Part shown: in pieces, positions 1-13,070 of the stretch
Position numbering within the stretch: position 1 is the first letter of the stretch
Layout of the letters: the number at the start of each line of letters is the position of its first letter
Program-made: the position numbers and the translations under genes
The notes under the pieces: generated by a model
Database searches by the model: none
What the model was told of the DNA's origin: nothing
What the model saw: only the letters and a program-made list of their open reading frames with translations
Assembly (NCBI GenBank): GCA_002633005.1
Contig: NMRA01000366.1
Coordinates: 184,222 to 248,221, forward strand
Direction of reading: 5' to 3'
From: Phoronis australis
Taxonomy: Eukaryota > Animalia > Phoronida
DNA length: 64,000 nt

Positions 1-224
1 ACCCTTTTGTCGTTTCGTTCCTAACATCATTTGTTATTTAAAGCTCATTGCATATATCATCATCCCTTGTGTCGTTATCTTCTTAATTTTTACATTTTTT
101 GTTCTCTACTTGTTTAATTTAACTTCACGTAGTTTAAGTAGCTTAATTAACTTTGAACTCAGGAGGATCAGGCTGTGCACACGTACTTTTAGCTTGTTTT
201 ATTTGTTTCGTATCCTCTATAAAT

Positions 225-530
225 GAAGTGTATTATTAATATTATTATCATTATCATCATTGTTATTATCATCATCATTATTATTATTTATTATTATTAT
301 TGTTGTTGTTTTTATTCTGATCATTATTATTATTATCACTATCACCATCATCATATTAGTATTATTATCAGTATTATTATTATCGCCATTACTTTTATTA
401 TTGTTATCACCATCATCATCCTCATCAGATTAATATTATTGTTAGCATTATTACTATTATTATTATTATTATCACCATTATTTTTATTATTGTAATCATC
501 AACATTACCATCATCATCATCATTGTTATT
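225..530. repeat. Low-complexity (ATT/ATC)n trinucleotide tract in Rx intron
   Basis: Mixed attatt/atcatc runs; produces the spurious poly-Ile ORF 223..495. Confidence 0.9.
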
Positions 531-872
531 CTTCGTTTGAGCGCGGGCCGTGTCCCATCAATGACGTAGTTCTCACTTCGTTCACAAGAGTTTCACAGGA
601 CAGGCTAACCTGAGTAGGAAACGATGACACTTGCTACACCCTCAGTAACAACATCGTCCACATGTCCCCAGCCCGTGGTTTCATCGAGATTTTAGAGCGG
701 GCTTTGACGTTCTGGAAACGAGTATGGTGTTGTTGACTGGCCCCTTTAATTTGTAAATGTAATGTAATGTAATAAAGTGTTTAGTAGATTTACTAAGACT
801 AGCAAACATACTTCAAAAAGGCCTAGCGTCGGTTGTAGCACTAACACTATCGATGACGTCATGTTATTTCAG

Positions 873-987
873 GTTTGGTTTCAAAATAGAAGAGCAAAAT
901 GGCGACGACAGGAAAAGCTCGAAAGTAGTTCATTAAAAATAAACGACACCTACCCTATGGCGTCCCTAACGGCAAGAAATCCTACAG
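873..987 (+). CDS. Rx: Retinal homeobox Rx/Rax, exon with homeodomain helix 3 (upstream exons outside window)
   Basis: Acceptor atttcag| then VWFQNRRAKWRRQEKLESSSLK...PT(G), donor |gtaagc. The intron position before VWFQNRR is typical of PRD-class genes, Q50 type. The phase-1 end joins in frame to exon 2260. Confidence 0.93.
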
Positions 988-1406
988 GTAAGCAATTGGT
1001 GAAAACATTCTAGTACAGTACATTTGTGGGCCATCCTTAAAAACAAACGCGTACTACCTTAAGGGTCATCTGTTCGTCCTTTCCTCGGGACTTTCTTTAA
1101 CCGAATGTCACATTTCTGTAACCCCACCACATCAACACGTCCCTGAATGTTTCGGAGAGTGTTACATCCCGTCGTTACGAAAGGTACCACACCTTGTCTA
1201 CGCCTATATGTACATTCATGTTACGACCAGCGCAGCAAACCCCCACATGCTGCAAAAGATGTCGTACCCTCCGCACCTTACAGCGGGTGTTAAAACACCG
1301 CAAGAAACAAAGTGTTGATTTACCCATATTACGAGTGGTGGCAGATTCTCCGTACTTTAAGACGTGTGTTGCAAATTCCTTAGTGTTACAGAGGGTGGCA
1401 CATCCC

Positions 1407-1575
1407 AGAAGCGAATTTAAGGGAGGTGGGGGGGGAGGGGCAAAGGGGCCATGTACACCCCCTAATATTTTTTCAGATTCCATTTGGTTATTCGGGGGTG
1501 CGAATGTCTGACAGGCAAATTTCTGGCTAATACTCTGCCCTGACCCCCTAACTCAAAATCCTGGATCCGCCCTTG
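1407..1575. mobile_element. Short hAT-like MITE relic in Rx intron
   Basis: Left end cagaagcgaattta...G-run; right end cctggatccgcccttg (reverse complement CAAGGGCGGATCCAGG). Resembles common CAGGGGCGGATCCAG-type MITE termini; imperfect, no TSD identified. Confidence 0.45.
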
Positions 1576-2259
1576 CATCTCCTGAACCTTATGTGTGTCA
1601 AAGGTCCCCACATGTTGCGAATTAGGATTATATTTTCCTAGCGTATAGCGAAGGATGACTGGTGATGTGACACATACTGTGCGAAGCTCTAAACGGGATC
1701 GTGCATGTATTCGACATCTTTCGCAACACTTACATGTAGATGTGAGAGACTTCATTCATGCAACATGCTGGAGAGGGTCTCGAAGTCTTATTTGTCAACG
1801 TGGATTGTAATACAAAAACGTCATAAACCCGTCTTACGTCACAAAAATGGTTTTTGAATAATGTCACTTACTTTTATGAAATAGTTCTCTAATTGCTCAA
1901 AGTCAAATTGGAGCTGATTTCATGACTTCGAAAGAGCTGAAACCAGGATGTACATGTTGGCTTTTTTAGGCGTGTTACTATATACACAGTGCATGGTCTT
2001 AGGCTAGAAGCCAGATAATAGGAATAAAATGACAGATCAATTTTAAAGCGCCATGTGACCTATATAAAAAGCAACTTTCTTTGTCGAAACGAGGATTTGT
2101 TGTCACTTTACTACCATTTTAAGCACATTATTTGACATTGATCAAATGTCGTCTGCGATTCTTTAAACTCGCCAGGGAAATAGAGAAAGGGGAGCTACAT
2201 CTCAAATGTCCACGTGATGTTTGAATCCACATAAAAGGCAAATGAATCCTTTATTTCAG

Positions 2260-2582
2260 GACTCACTACTTCCCTTCCGTTGGACCCTTGGATGACTTCA
2301 CCCATCTCTAATCCAGGTCACATGGGCGTGAGCACGAGCCTGCACAGTCTTCCGGGTTACTTTCCACATCCGGGAGCTAACGTCAATTTGTCCTCGTACT
2401 TTAACGCGGCGAACACAGCCGATGTGTTTACTGGACTTGCAACAGCCATGAGCAGCCTTCCGCACGCATCAGTGAAAAACGTGGATGTTGAGGGAAGTGA
2501 CCCGAGAAATAATTCTATCGCCTCCTTAAGGATGAAAGCTAGGGAACACATGGGGATTTTTGGACGGCATTTTCCCGTGTGA
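2260..2582 (+). CDS. Rx: Rx/Rax terminal coding exon (Rx domain + OAR motif)
   Basis: Acceptor ttatttcag|; (G)LTTSLPLDPWMTSP matches the Rx-domain SLPLDPW motif; DPRNNSIASLRMKAREHM is the OAR/paired tail; stop TGA 2580-2582. Confidence 0.93.
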
Positions 2583-2862
2583 GCTCTTCTTTTTGACCGT
2601 TTATTGTACGTTTCCGGTCATTTCGAGGATAGAAAATTGTGGCCAGCGACCCCGTACGGATTGGACCGTAATGCGTCAATTCCAACAGTGCCATTGGACA
2701 AGCGTGATTGCTATGGAGATATTAAACGTTATTGTTTAAGCTCCATGGGGATAATCGAACGAAAGAAAGTTTGCGAAATTTATTTATTCAAAGTATTAAT
2801 TGTAAAGCGTAGCTAACTCATTGACGTGGTTGTATTCAAATTGCATAATTCAATCAAGAATG

Positions 2863-2868
2863 AATAAA
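2863..2868 (+). terminator. Candidate polyadenylation signal of Rx
   Basis: AATAAA about 280 nt after the stop, followed by a T-rich tract (attttattttt). Confidence 0.5.
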
Positions 2869-4339
2869 TCTGCAGTGAACAAATTTTATTTTTTACCTAT
2901 TCATTTAAACGAGCATTATCAGCGAGAACGGAAATTTTCTGAGAATAGCGCGGAATCGAACTTGCAGTCTAACGCTCACTAGGCGCGTTAAATCCCATTC
3001 GAGAATTGGCGACTTTTATAAAATCACAAAAGAAATACAACTGAAGGTGTTGTTTTATCGCTCAAGAAGTCTATCGCATCGAACAATAATCCACACACAC
3101 ACACACGTTTTCCTGCCGTGAAAACCCGATAATCGCTTTGAATCCAATGTCTAACAACAGCTGGGTTGCCAGATTTTTCCACGGATACACACTGATACAT
3201 GTACGTGCAATACTGGCTGTAATGATAGGATAATCTGAGATCCCTTTGTCCGTCCGATAACAATTTGACCAGATATAAATTACGGTAACTTTTCTTCAGT
3301 TATTTAGTACACAATATGGATGATAGGTGAAATTCTATTTTGTCAAATTTCTTCAAAAAGTGAAGATAAGAAAATTTAGGTCCATGACTACCATAGTTTG
3401 TACTGCGAAAAAGGCATAAAAGAACTTTTAGTAACGTTTCCAAATTTTGCAGAAACGTTATCAGTTTTTGGAAAATGAAAACTGTGGCTATTAGTTTGTG
3501 CGAAATAGGAGGAACATTCAAATCCGAACAATTTCAATTTCTATGTCATTTTTCGTAAACATAAGTTTACCGTAATATACTATACAATGTTTAACATTAC
3601 TGCCCGGAAATTGATGGACATCAGGTAATGTACACCTCGCGCTTACAAACTATTCCGGTAAAACATTACGCAATCACATATTTATATACTCTACACTTGT
3701 GAGTTAGACAAGAATGCAGATACACAAGTAATTTTTTCATTTACATTAAAGGGACATCATCGCTTTTACGGTCGAAAAATGCAGTTTTGGGTTTTTTGTT
3801 GGACGGTATAGACTTCTTAAAGTCACATGCATCAGCTTTGAATAGAACTACAAAACAACAAAATCCGTTGTGATTTTTGTGATTTCATAACAAATCGCCA
3901 ATTCTCGGCCTTGTCTGCCAGCCATTCGTTGAAATCAAGACTGGCATCTTGTCGAATTAAATGCTCTTAAAGCACTTCGCTATTTAACGCGCGGGATTTG
4001 ACTCTGATGCTGCTGCTGCTACTAGCATATCTCCCAGATTATTTCTTTAACACGTTCAGATCGGAAAATGGTCAAGTTTTGACAGTGTTAACAAGTTGCA
4101 CTACATTTTGGTAAATGCTTAACTACCGTGGAGAAAGTCGGCAGCGTCACTGAGTAATAATTGATTGACATCATTAGACTCTTGAGAACAAAGTGTCATT
4201 TCTTTATATTTATTATTCTGATATGGAATCGACAGGTTCTAGGGCCAGAAACAGAGGAAACAGCAAATGTCTACAGATAGTGCTATAAAAATGTGAGATA
4301 GACGATGTCATTTTCATAACAGTTCATAACAGGCTCCAA

Positions 4340-4455
4340 AGAACCCATTCCAAGAAAACTGACTCAGCTAAGACAAATCTTTAATTTCAGTCAGTTTTAA
4401 GATAAAACTTAAATTTGTCTCAAAGCCGTTTCAATAAAGAACTCTTAAGTTTTAT
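4340..4455. mobile_element. Partial copy of the Harbinger-like MITE at 36910-37151 (opposite orientation)
   Basis: ccattccaagaaaactgactcagctaagacaaatcttt...aaaacttaaattt aligns with the reverse complement of 37040-37151. Confidence 0.7.
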
Positions 4456-4803
4456 TTAAGTTTTTGGCTTAAGTTTTGTGTTAAAATAATACTAAACCCT
4501 GTTTTGATTGATGATTTTAGCCAATCCTTGATCTGCCAACAGCAGCAAGATGTCAACTAAAAATTCATTTTCTCTGAGTCACAGATAGGATACTACGGTT
4601 CTTGGTGGTTGGTCTTTCTCTTCCGTTGTTGTGTAGCTCGCCTAAAGTATAGGCCGCGCTTGACTGTTTAGCAGACTTTGAAAAGAATTTTCAATTCGTT
4701 TACTTGAATTATTTGAGGGTTGTCGAAGATTACAGAGTATTACTTTGTTTTATAGAACTAGATGAGAACGTCATTTTTAATATCTGTTAGTAGGCCAAAA
4801 CTG

Positions 4804-4955
4804 GGCGTGCGTTCAGTAACGCTAGGGCATACGCTAGGACCTAGCTAAAATCTAGTCAAAGTCACGTGTTATCATTTAAAATACACGGCAATGTCTCGTG
4901 TATTATCGCGAAGTCTTGCTTTTTATTGAGGTCTTAGCCCTACCGAATGGGAGGC
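4804..4955. mobile_element. ~150-bp MITE-like interspersed repeat, copy 1
   Basis: Highly similar to 6181-6333 (ggcgtgcgttcagtaac...gctaaaatctag...tcacgtg...atttaaaatacacggcaat...gggagg); imperfect terminal inverted repeat. Confidence 0.75.
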
Positions 4956-6180
4956 TAATTAGGTATTATTTTCGTTACGGCTTTACTTGTCGGATGTGGA
5001 AGTTTAATAGCTTGGACGTTGAGAAAGATCTCAGACCTAAGTAAAAAATGAACTTCAGTAAGTTTCTTGCAACGGGCCACCTGAATCTTGCCAAAAAGCG
5101 GGCCACCTCTATTGGCACAATATCCCGATTGCACCCCCACTTGTTGTCAGCCAACAGGTGTCAGAAGTTGTCAACACGTGTAATTCAGTCTTTCTTATCT
5201 TGACGCACAAGAATTTTCTATCAAAAATTTGTTACTGGGCGGAAAACTGACCTAAGTTTCGTGAACACAAAAAACTTACGAAAGCTCTCGAGATATCGCC
5301 AAGCATTACAAGCGAAGCACGTTATCACAGTACCATTCTTCGCAAGATTCGTGCGGTTTACGGAACTAAACTTCATTCAGTGAAGTACGACTATTGCCCT
5401 CTTTTTACAATTGAATTCATGGCCCTGGTATTCGTAATCTCGACGGCGTGCATGGCTACCTTACGTCCCACAACCTTACACAAGCTAGCTGTGGCAGAAA
5501 GCACCGGTATGCGAAGACTTAATTTAGGTCACTATCTCCCATTAGTTAAATGCATTTTATTTTATTTTTTCTGCTTAGATTAATATACATACATGTATTT
5601 GTTGACCAAAACAACTGCCAATATTGATTAATTCCATCACGCTTTGAGTAGTGTTATGGACACCACGAATATAATGCATGAATATATTACTTGGTGTTAT
5701 TAGTACTGATATGGTTTTGGTATTGCCTGTATCACTCGAAAAATGAAAACAGCCAAGCAAGTTAATAATTAGATGTTATTACATAAACAACTCAACAAAA
5801 GTTTGGAAATATACGTTCACTCGTCCGTGTTTTTATTACCTTTGGTTTGATTAAATCATGTTGCATACCAATGGAAAACTCAGTCATTCCCTTTCCAAAA
5901 ATACCGATTTTGTCAATAAATTATTGATATGCTCAGTAACTTTGCTGCCAAAGTAGGCTTGGTCTCAAAGGAGAATATTACAAATATCTCTGTTTTTTGC
6001 CAAGCAGTGTCACCACCGGCGATGTGCTGGTGATTGACACCGGGAGGCAAACACCAAATTTGTGTGACACTGAATGATATCATGGAACTCCTGCTGTTAG
6101 CAGGCTCAGTATGAATCACGATTATGCAAACTGTATTTGGAGTACCCAGTTTGCATTCTTCAAATGTGAACACAAAAGCT

Positions 6181-6333
6181 GGCGTGCGTTCAGTAACACT
6201 ATGACCTACGCTAGGACCCAGCTAAAATCTAGCAAAAGTCACGTGATATCATTTAAAATACACGGCAATATTTCACGTAATCTCACGAAGTCTTGCTTTT
6301 TAGCGAGGTCCCGTATCGCTACTGAACGGGAGG
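6181..6333. mobile_element. ~150-bp MITE-like interspersed repeat, copy 2
   Basis: Direct-orientation paralog of 4804-4955; ends cgttcagtaac / gctactgaacg are imperfect inverted repeats. Confidence 0.75.
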
Positions 6334-7588
6334 ATTGTGTTCTGGCTCCAAGTATACCAAGTTTGTCTGCTACACTGAAGTCTCGATGCTGGTGTTTCCC
6401 AGAAGATGGCGGCAGCACGATTCGGAGTGAGTCCTGGTGGCATCTCCAAACTGAAGCACAAACTCCAACAAACAACGTGCGAAGAAGGTGTGTCGCTGTA
6501 TAGTGACGGCGAATGATTCGCGAACCCGATTCTGAGAAGACTGCATGTTCACTGTTGTCTAACAGTTACCAATTTATTAAGACATAAACAAAAATACAGT
6601 ACTATCATTTGTTCAATATATAAAGTGTTTACTTATAATTTTAGCACGTATTTGATTTGTGCTAAAAGCTGTGGTAGCAAATGAATTGATTTCATGAAAT
6701 AAACTGAGCAATTGTGAGCCAAAGGTACTAAATCTAGAAAAAGTGTTTGAAATTTAAAATTTGAAAATCAACACAAACTTTGAAACGAATTCCGGGGGAA
6801 TCATCGTCTAACTTACTCGTACTGGCGACTTAGCGGCGACTTGGGATTTTTCCCAGGTCGCCAAATACAATCTGAAGTCGCATTGGCAACTTGCAGGTCG
6901 CCATATCGAGCACTGCCTCTGTTTAGAGCACAAAGACGGCAAATCACATGACGTTCAAAAATACGCCCCAAAAGCAGTTTTTTATTCCGCTTTTGGTGCC
7001 ATAGCAATGAGGGTACGCCTGCGGTAACTGTTCGTTTAACAACAATCAAACACTATTTGAAAATGAGTTGGAATTTTAAAAGCTCACGTTTTCTCCAAAC
7101 TCACGTAAATGATTAAAGCAAACTGAAGAGAAAATTAGGAAAGAAACGCAGTACAGTGGAAGAGGCCAAAGCGATTTGAAACAATTGATGACGTGTTTTT
7201 TTTTTAAATTGTGGCAACGTGTTTCCGATTTCAAATACATTTGTGGAATGTTTTAATAATACATCTGAGGGGCAGTTGTGTCGGTAGAAGTCCACAGAAG
7301 AGACAAGAAACCAGTGTCTGGAACAAAATGGGAAGCGTATTGTCTTAAATCTACGAAAATCCCGTGTGGCTATTTTGGCGTCTTTCGGAAACTGTACACG
7401 TCAAAGACTGAATAATAAAAAGCAAGTTTCACGTGGTTTCAAAATAGCCTAGTCAAATGCTTGTATCCCAGCTAAGCACATTTGGTTAATATTAAAGGAC
7501 ACCGTCAAAGCACTTGGAGATGTAACGCCACGCAAGTATTCCATTACACATACTGGGAGTTGAGGATTTATTTAGAAGTCGTAAGCTA

Positions 7589-8776
7589 ATGACGATTCTG
7601 CTTGCTATAATGCTATTGGTTGAAAGCGCCACCTGTGAGGGCCAGTGGTCGAAATGGGTTAATGCTTGGCGCAATTGTCAGACGTGTAGCATCTGCCAGC
7701 AGAGGTCGTGTACTGGGCAATGCGAAGGTCCCAGCACGAGACTGGTCACATGCTACGAAGACAAAGCGTGCAAGAAGGACACTCTTGAAAACCACTCTCT
7801 GAACAAAATTGTCACACAGAGCACAGATGGAAGACCGGGTGTGGGGGCAGCCACTGACGGCTACTGGTATAACAAATATCAGGCGGGAGACTCAGGAGGT
7901 CCTACAGACATCCTCGACCGACCCGCGTGTGCGCGTACGGCCGCAACCGAAACTCCAAACTGGATACAAGTAGAACTGGGCAAGCGAAAAGCAATAAACT
8001 ACGTTATGCTCCTGAATAGATTAGGATATGAAAACCTATTGGAAAGATTTTCCTTAGTTGTCATGGTTGGAGACAAGATGGTCGGCAGCTGTACATCACA
8101 TACTGATCCAGGAAATCTTCTTCCGTCAAGAGCTCCCGGGCTATTCAAGTGCAGTAGTCGACTGGTGGGGGACACCGTGAGGCTACAGCGCGAGAAAGGT
8201 CAAGGTGAAGAATTCACAATTTGTGAATTTGGTGTTTACACCGGTGATCCTGGCTGTTGGAACAGTTCAGGACATGGATATGATTACGTGGGGCCAATAC
8301 ACCATACAATCTGGGGAACAGAGTGCGCGCCGTGGACGTCGACGGTGAATGTTTTAAAAGACAAATTCAAGGCTGATCACAACATGTGCAGAAACTTTGA
8401 AGGTTCTGCAATGGATACACCATTCTGCTTCACAAAAGCGGGAGAGAAGGTGAAGTGTCCGGCACCGATATGTATGCAGCACAACACTTCAGCTCTAGGG
8501 AATGTGTGTAGAGTTGGAAGTAAGACAGCCGGGGCTATGTTCTACGGCATCATTGCCGCAGTCTCGTGTATATTGGTTGGACCGTTTTGCTTTTTGCTCT
8601 GTAATTGCTACAGAAAGAAATGCAAAAAACCGCCTGCGAGTAGCAAATGGCAGATGGAAAGTGGAAAGAAAATCCCTGCATTTCCTGTGGAATCTATGGG
8701 TACCACCGTTACTGGTACTGGTACTGAATCACAAATGAGTTACGTGTCAACCGTCAGCAGCGAGAACTCAGTATAA
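7589..8776 (+). CDS. Type-I membrane protein: signal peptide - TSP1-like - F-type lectin/FA58C-like - kringle - TM - short cytoplasmic tail (395 aa)
   Basis: 1188-bp uninterrupted ORF. Hydrophobic N-terminus. WSKW..W..C..C...Q.R.C...C.G.....C is TSP1-like. AATDG...CART....NWIQVELG......V.LLNR.......ER...FTICEFGVY is F-type lectin/galactose-binding-like. C......DYVG....T..G.EC.PW...HNMCRN......PFCFT......C....C is a kringle. TM MFYGIIAAVSCILVGPFCFLLC is followed by basic RKKCKK. Confidence 0.88.
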   Translation: MTILLAIMLLVESATCEGQWSKWVNAWRNCQTCSICQQRSCTGQCEGPSTRLVTCYEDKACKKDTLENHSLNKIVTQSTDGRPGVGAATDGYWYNKYQAGDSGGPTDILDRPACARTAATETPNWIQVELGKRKAINYVMLLNRLGYENLLERFSLVVMVGDKMVGSCTSHTDPGNLLPSRAPGLFKCSSRLVGDTVRLQREKGQGEEFTICEFGVYTGDPGCWNSSGHGYDYVGPIHHTIWGTECAPWTSTVNVLKDKFKADHNMCRNFEGSAMDTPFCFTKAGEKVKCPAPICMQHNTSALGNVCRVGSKTAGAMFYGIIAAVSCILVGPFCFLLCNCYRKKCKKPPASSKWQMESGKKIPAFPVESMGTTVTGTGTESQMSYVSTVSSENSV

Positions 8777-11700
8777 AGGCTCCTCTTGCGCAAATTGAGC
8801 GTTTCCGGAAGTAACGTTGCTCACACTCTTGTTGTTTGGTGACTTGAAGCGCCTAAAAGCCTGTTAATGCGGGTCTTTTTGCGGATTTTCTTCGGAATCA
8901 AAAATTGTGGAATTTGTTGTTTCCAAATTATGCGCATTTTCCGAAAAAAAAAAACAAACTCGCAAAATTCTGGTTGGGGGACTAGATGTTGAAAAAAACT
9001 GATTTCTAAAAATGTTTTGTTCACCCGCGTGGAAGATAGGTTTTATGTGCGAGATCGTGCGCTGTAAAAGCGTATTGTTCGCCCTCGATTAATCATGTTT
9101 ACAATAATTACCGAAAGATTCAAAGCCTCCCACCTTAAAAACTCGCCTTCCGTCTCGAAAACTTACTTTTGCGTTACGAAATTTGTCTCAAATTGTTCCT
9201 TAGTCAAGTAAAATGAAAAATATAGGGTTCTAATGAATCGACAGTCTGATGTTACTTGAGAACAAGCTCCGTGAGTTAGCTTGTTAGAACGCGTCGTTTC
9301 ATACGACGAGCATGGTTTCAAGCAAGATTAACCTGTACTTTTCCCACCCCAAAAACCACTCCACATGCAAGTTAGGAGCAATAGCTGGCTTTCGAAATAG
9401 TCACGCCATACTGAAATTTACTATTCCGCCAGACGGCAATCGAGTCTTTGGTGGACAGGCGTTCAGCGCCACAGATCCCATGTATAGCTGACGGTAGGTT
9501 TCAACCTACTGGTATAACCAGAAATTGAATACTTTTCCTGCTTTATGATGCCGGTAAATTTCCATTGCTGTGCGGTAGGATGCACTAATGCCTTACGAAA
9601 AACGCAAATCTTTTGAAATATCAATAGATGAACTAGGACATACACTGTATGTTGAATACGTTCCCCGCCACTGCGACAAAGAATCCGCGACAAAGCCAGT
9701 GGCTGCGGGTTATGAAACGGCAGAGTTTCGATCCAAGCCGGTATAAAAAAAAGTAAACTTAAAGTAATCAAAGGATTGGAGGGACTGACATCGGCTTTTA
9801 TTCCTCTGCTTTTTGTAATTAACGAACCACTATTCATAATTGAAATTCTGTCCACCGAATCTGAGTCGGGATCAACTGGAGGTCACTTCCGTGCTCTCAT
9901 TGCTCTAGAGAGCGCCAATTTGAAAAGTATCAATCACGCGGATTTATAGCTGCCATAATTTTTTCCGTAATTTTAGGTTTTCCTTATACTAAGTTACACG
10001 ATTAGACCCCCAACGAGCCCCTGCTTGCGCGCACCCGAACTCCCAAATGGTCACTGGTCTTGGCCGTGTCTCAGATCTTTGCTCTGTCGGCTGTGTATTT
10101 GAGGTGCAGAATATGCCGGCGATGTACATTGACAGCATCCCTGCAGGCAGCGCAGTCGCCTCTTAGATGTCAGATACGCACGTCGAACTACATGTATGTG
10201 CTCCACGTCTAATGTGGACATCATCCATTGCATTCCTACTCTACTCTAAAAAACAATAACAACGTCAAAAAACATAAAGCGAATGACTGGATGTTCGTCT
10301 TTTGGTTGGTTCCGTCACAGATGCCGTTCAAGTTCGCAGTTGACACGAGGTATGGTAGGAAATTTTAAGTTTTATTGGAATAATACTTTTTTGATTTAAA
10401 GAAAAGTTTATCGTTGGGTCAACATGTCCGGTGTTCTAAATTGATAGTCGCATTTCCTCCATTTTAAACATTTAGTTTCAGCCCAAATGTCCAGATGTTT
10501 TAATAAAAGCAAAAGCTAAATTATCACGTATTTCAAAAGTGTAACACCATCAGGTGGTCAGGAGTTAATGCTCAAAATTAACATTTAACTGTCTAACATT
10601 TGGTTAACATTTACGTTGTTCTTACAGTAGTTTTTAAATTATACTTTGTCGGGAATTTTCGGGGTAGTATGAACGCTCTTCTGTTAGATTCTTATTCAGA
10701 TAAACTGGAGTTAGAATCGTCTATAATAGACCCTATTCATGCCGACAGGAGGCGAGTTCCCAAACGAGGCTCGCTACTATAGCTGTATTCCGCGTTGCTC
10801 GAACAGCTAGGAAAATACGGACATTAGACTGTCTGTTTTATAATCTCTGACTAAGGACTCTGAGATGCGGAAGCGACGAAAGAAAATATGTACAGTACGT
10901 GATTATAAATGTTTTCGAAAAGTTAGATCATATTTGATAGCATCTCGTTGCCGCGTAATGACGACTGGAGAATCTTCGGCCAGCCAGGCTCAGTATGTTT
11001 TCATGATGCATTTTTCCAAAAAGGACAGGGCCCTCAATCCCTCGACTTTGGGCCTGATATCTGCTCTATTGCCCTCTAAAAATATTTAAAAATCACGCGA
11101 AATTCCCCCACGAGGCCTAAAAAAGTGATTGGAAATTTCTCTTCGAAGTTCAAATCATCTGGAGTGAACCACACCAGGTGACAATTTGAAATAGCACAAA
11201 ATGCTATTTGAGACATAGCCTATGAGAGCTTGCAACAGGGCCGGGGTCTTATTGATGGTGATCGGGAGCTAGATTTTTCCCGTCACTCGGCGAAAAAATC
11301 CCCCTGTTGAAGGCACAGGCATCTTTCCCCTCGCCGGGATGAACGAACGAGGCCCCTGAAGAAACATGATAACTATGCTTGTTCTGTACAGCTCTAAAAC
11401 GAGGTTATGCTTTAGACGAACGAATTAGGTATGTGTTTTAATTTTAAAATTCAACTTGGTACAGATTGATATTTGAAACCTAACACATGCAATAGACGTA
11501 AGAACTATTAAAACCGAGAAAGCAGAATTCATTCTCAAATATTTTTTATTTTCAATTACGAGCCAGGTTTTTTATTTTAATAAAAATATATTTAACAACA
11601 TCAATTATTCTTTCAGATCAATAACAAATCAATTGTTAGTCCCGGTAGTTCCTACCTCACCAGGACCTAGCTAGGCTATGCTTTGTTAATATTGTTGATT

Positions 11701-12540
11701 AACAAATTATACCAGATGCACATGACAGCAAAATGCTGTCGAATATTTCATCAACTCGTCAACATTAAGAGCAGACGAACTGGTTCGTGTAAAAATTAGC
11801 ATTTTTATCAACAATTTACAAGAAGAAATATAACCCTGAGTTCAGCATAATACCTAGTAGCCGTAACACGTCGATCGCCTCAATTTGGTCATATTTACTT
11901 TTCATGATTTGAACATAGTTTTCCGAAAAAAGCTTATAGCCTTTCGCCAGACAACTCTTTGGTGCATTGACTTGTTCTCTAATGTATTTTTTACGTCACT
12001 GTGGGTTATTTTTGACACATTTTCAAGATTTAATATCCAGGTTTGGACTCAAAACACCGGCCATTTAACTCACGCAATGTCAACTTCGGCTTTGTTTATC
12101 GCAGTGAGCCTCGCTTTGGATGTTAATGTCTGCCGCGTGCCGGGTCTATATATTTTTCTGGTTATCGTTTTTGTCTGTGCGCTATTTTGAAACTGTGTGA
12201 GTATGTGTAAGAACTTTTAAAAACAAAATTAATTCATCTGCCTATTTAAGCCGGAATGTTATACAACTTACTGACAATAATCCACGGTGCGTCTGCTGAA
12301 AGGTGAGTATCAAACCTCGAAACTAGCGTGTATTGAACCTTGAGGATACTCTTTTCTGCATGGGTACTTAGTATAGGCAAGTGAAAGAAAACGCGATATC
12401 ATTTGGAAGGATGACCTTTTCACGACAATTTCCCATCTCACAAAAGCGCGCATTTGGCAAATTCTACTTCTTGGATACCACATTTTGGGAACCGAGCAAC
12501 CGTCTTCGGGTAACAAAGTAAGATTAAAATGTGTGAACCC

Positions 12541-13070
12541 CGGAAGTGACTACTGTCCCACTTTTTGGAAGTGACTATTGTCCGAATCCTTGGAAGCGAC
12601 GTTTTTCCGACTCTTTGGAAGTGACTATTGTCCGACTGTTTGGAAGTGACATTTGCCCGACTATTTGGAAGTGACTATTGTCCGACTCTTTGGAGGTGAC
12701 TTTTGCCCGACCTTTTGAAAGTGACTTTTTACGCTGCTTTAGAAGTGACTATTGTCCTATTCTTGGGAAGTAACTACTGTTCGACCCTTTGGAAGTGACT
12801 ATTGTTCGCCTCTTAAGTGAATATTGTCCGACTCTTTGGAAGTGACTATTGTCCGACTGGTTGGAAGTGACTATTGTCCGACCCTTTTGCAGTGACTATT
12901 GCCCGACACTTTGAAAGCGACTATTGTCCGACTCTTTGGAAATGACTATTGTCGGTACTTTGGACGTGACAATTGCCCGACTCTTTGAGAGTGACAATTG
13001 CCCAACTCTTTGGGAGTGACAATTGCCCGACTCTTTGGAAGCGATTTTTGTCCAACTCTTTGGAAGCGGA
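12541..13070. repeat. 25-bp minisatellite, ~21 diverged copies
   Basis: Consensus GGAAGTGACTATTGTCCGACTCTTT repeated head-to-tail without unique spacers. Confidence 0.92.

Noticed and set aside
3746-3790. TTAA-AGGGACA Kolobok-like terminus
   Set aside because: No matching opposite end found nearby.
6403-6432. YY1-like AAGATGGCGGC with ATG and GTGAGT donor as first coding exon of the kringle gene
   Set aside because: A phase-0 splice to the acceptors at 7575/7578 is out of frame and hits TAA immediately; no other support.
9267-9325. tRNA-like sequence (hairpin cgtcgt-ttcat-acgacg); similar relic at ~2945-2990
   Set aside because: T arm and acceptor stem are degenerate; at most decayed SINE heads, too weak to annotate.
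12541-13070. CRISPR-like regular repeat
   Set aside because: Units are contiguous with no unique spacers, there are no cas genes, and the context is eukaryotic; it is a minisatellite.
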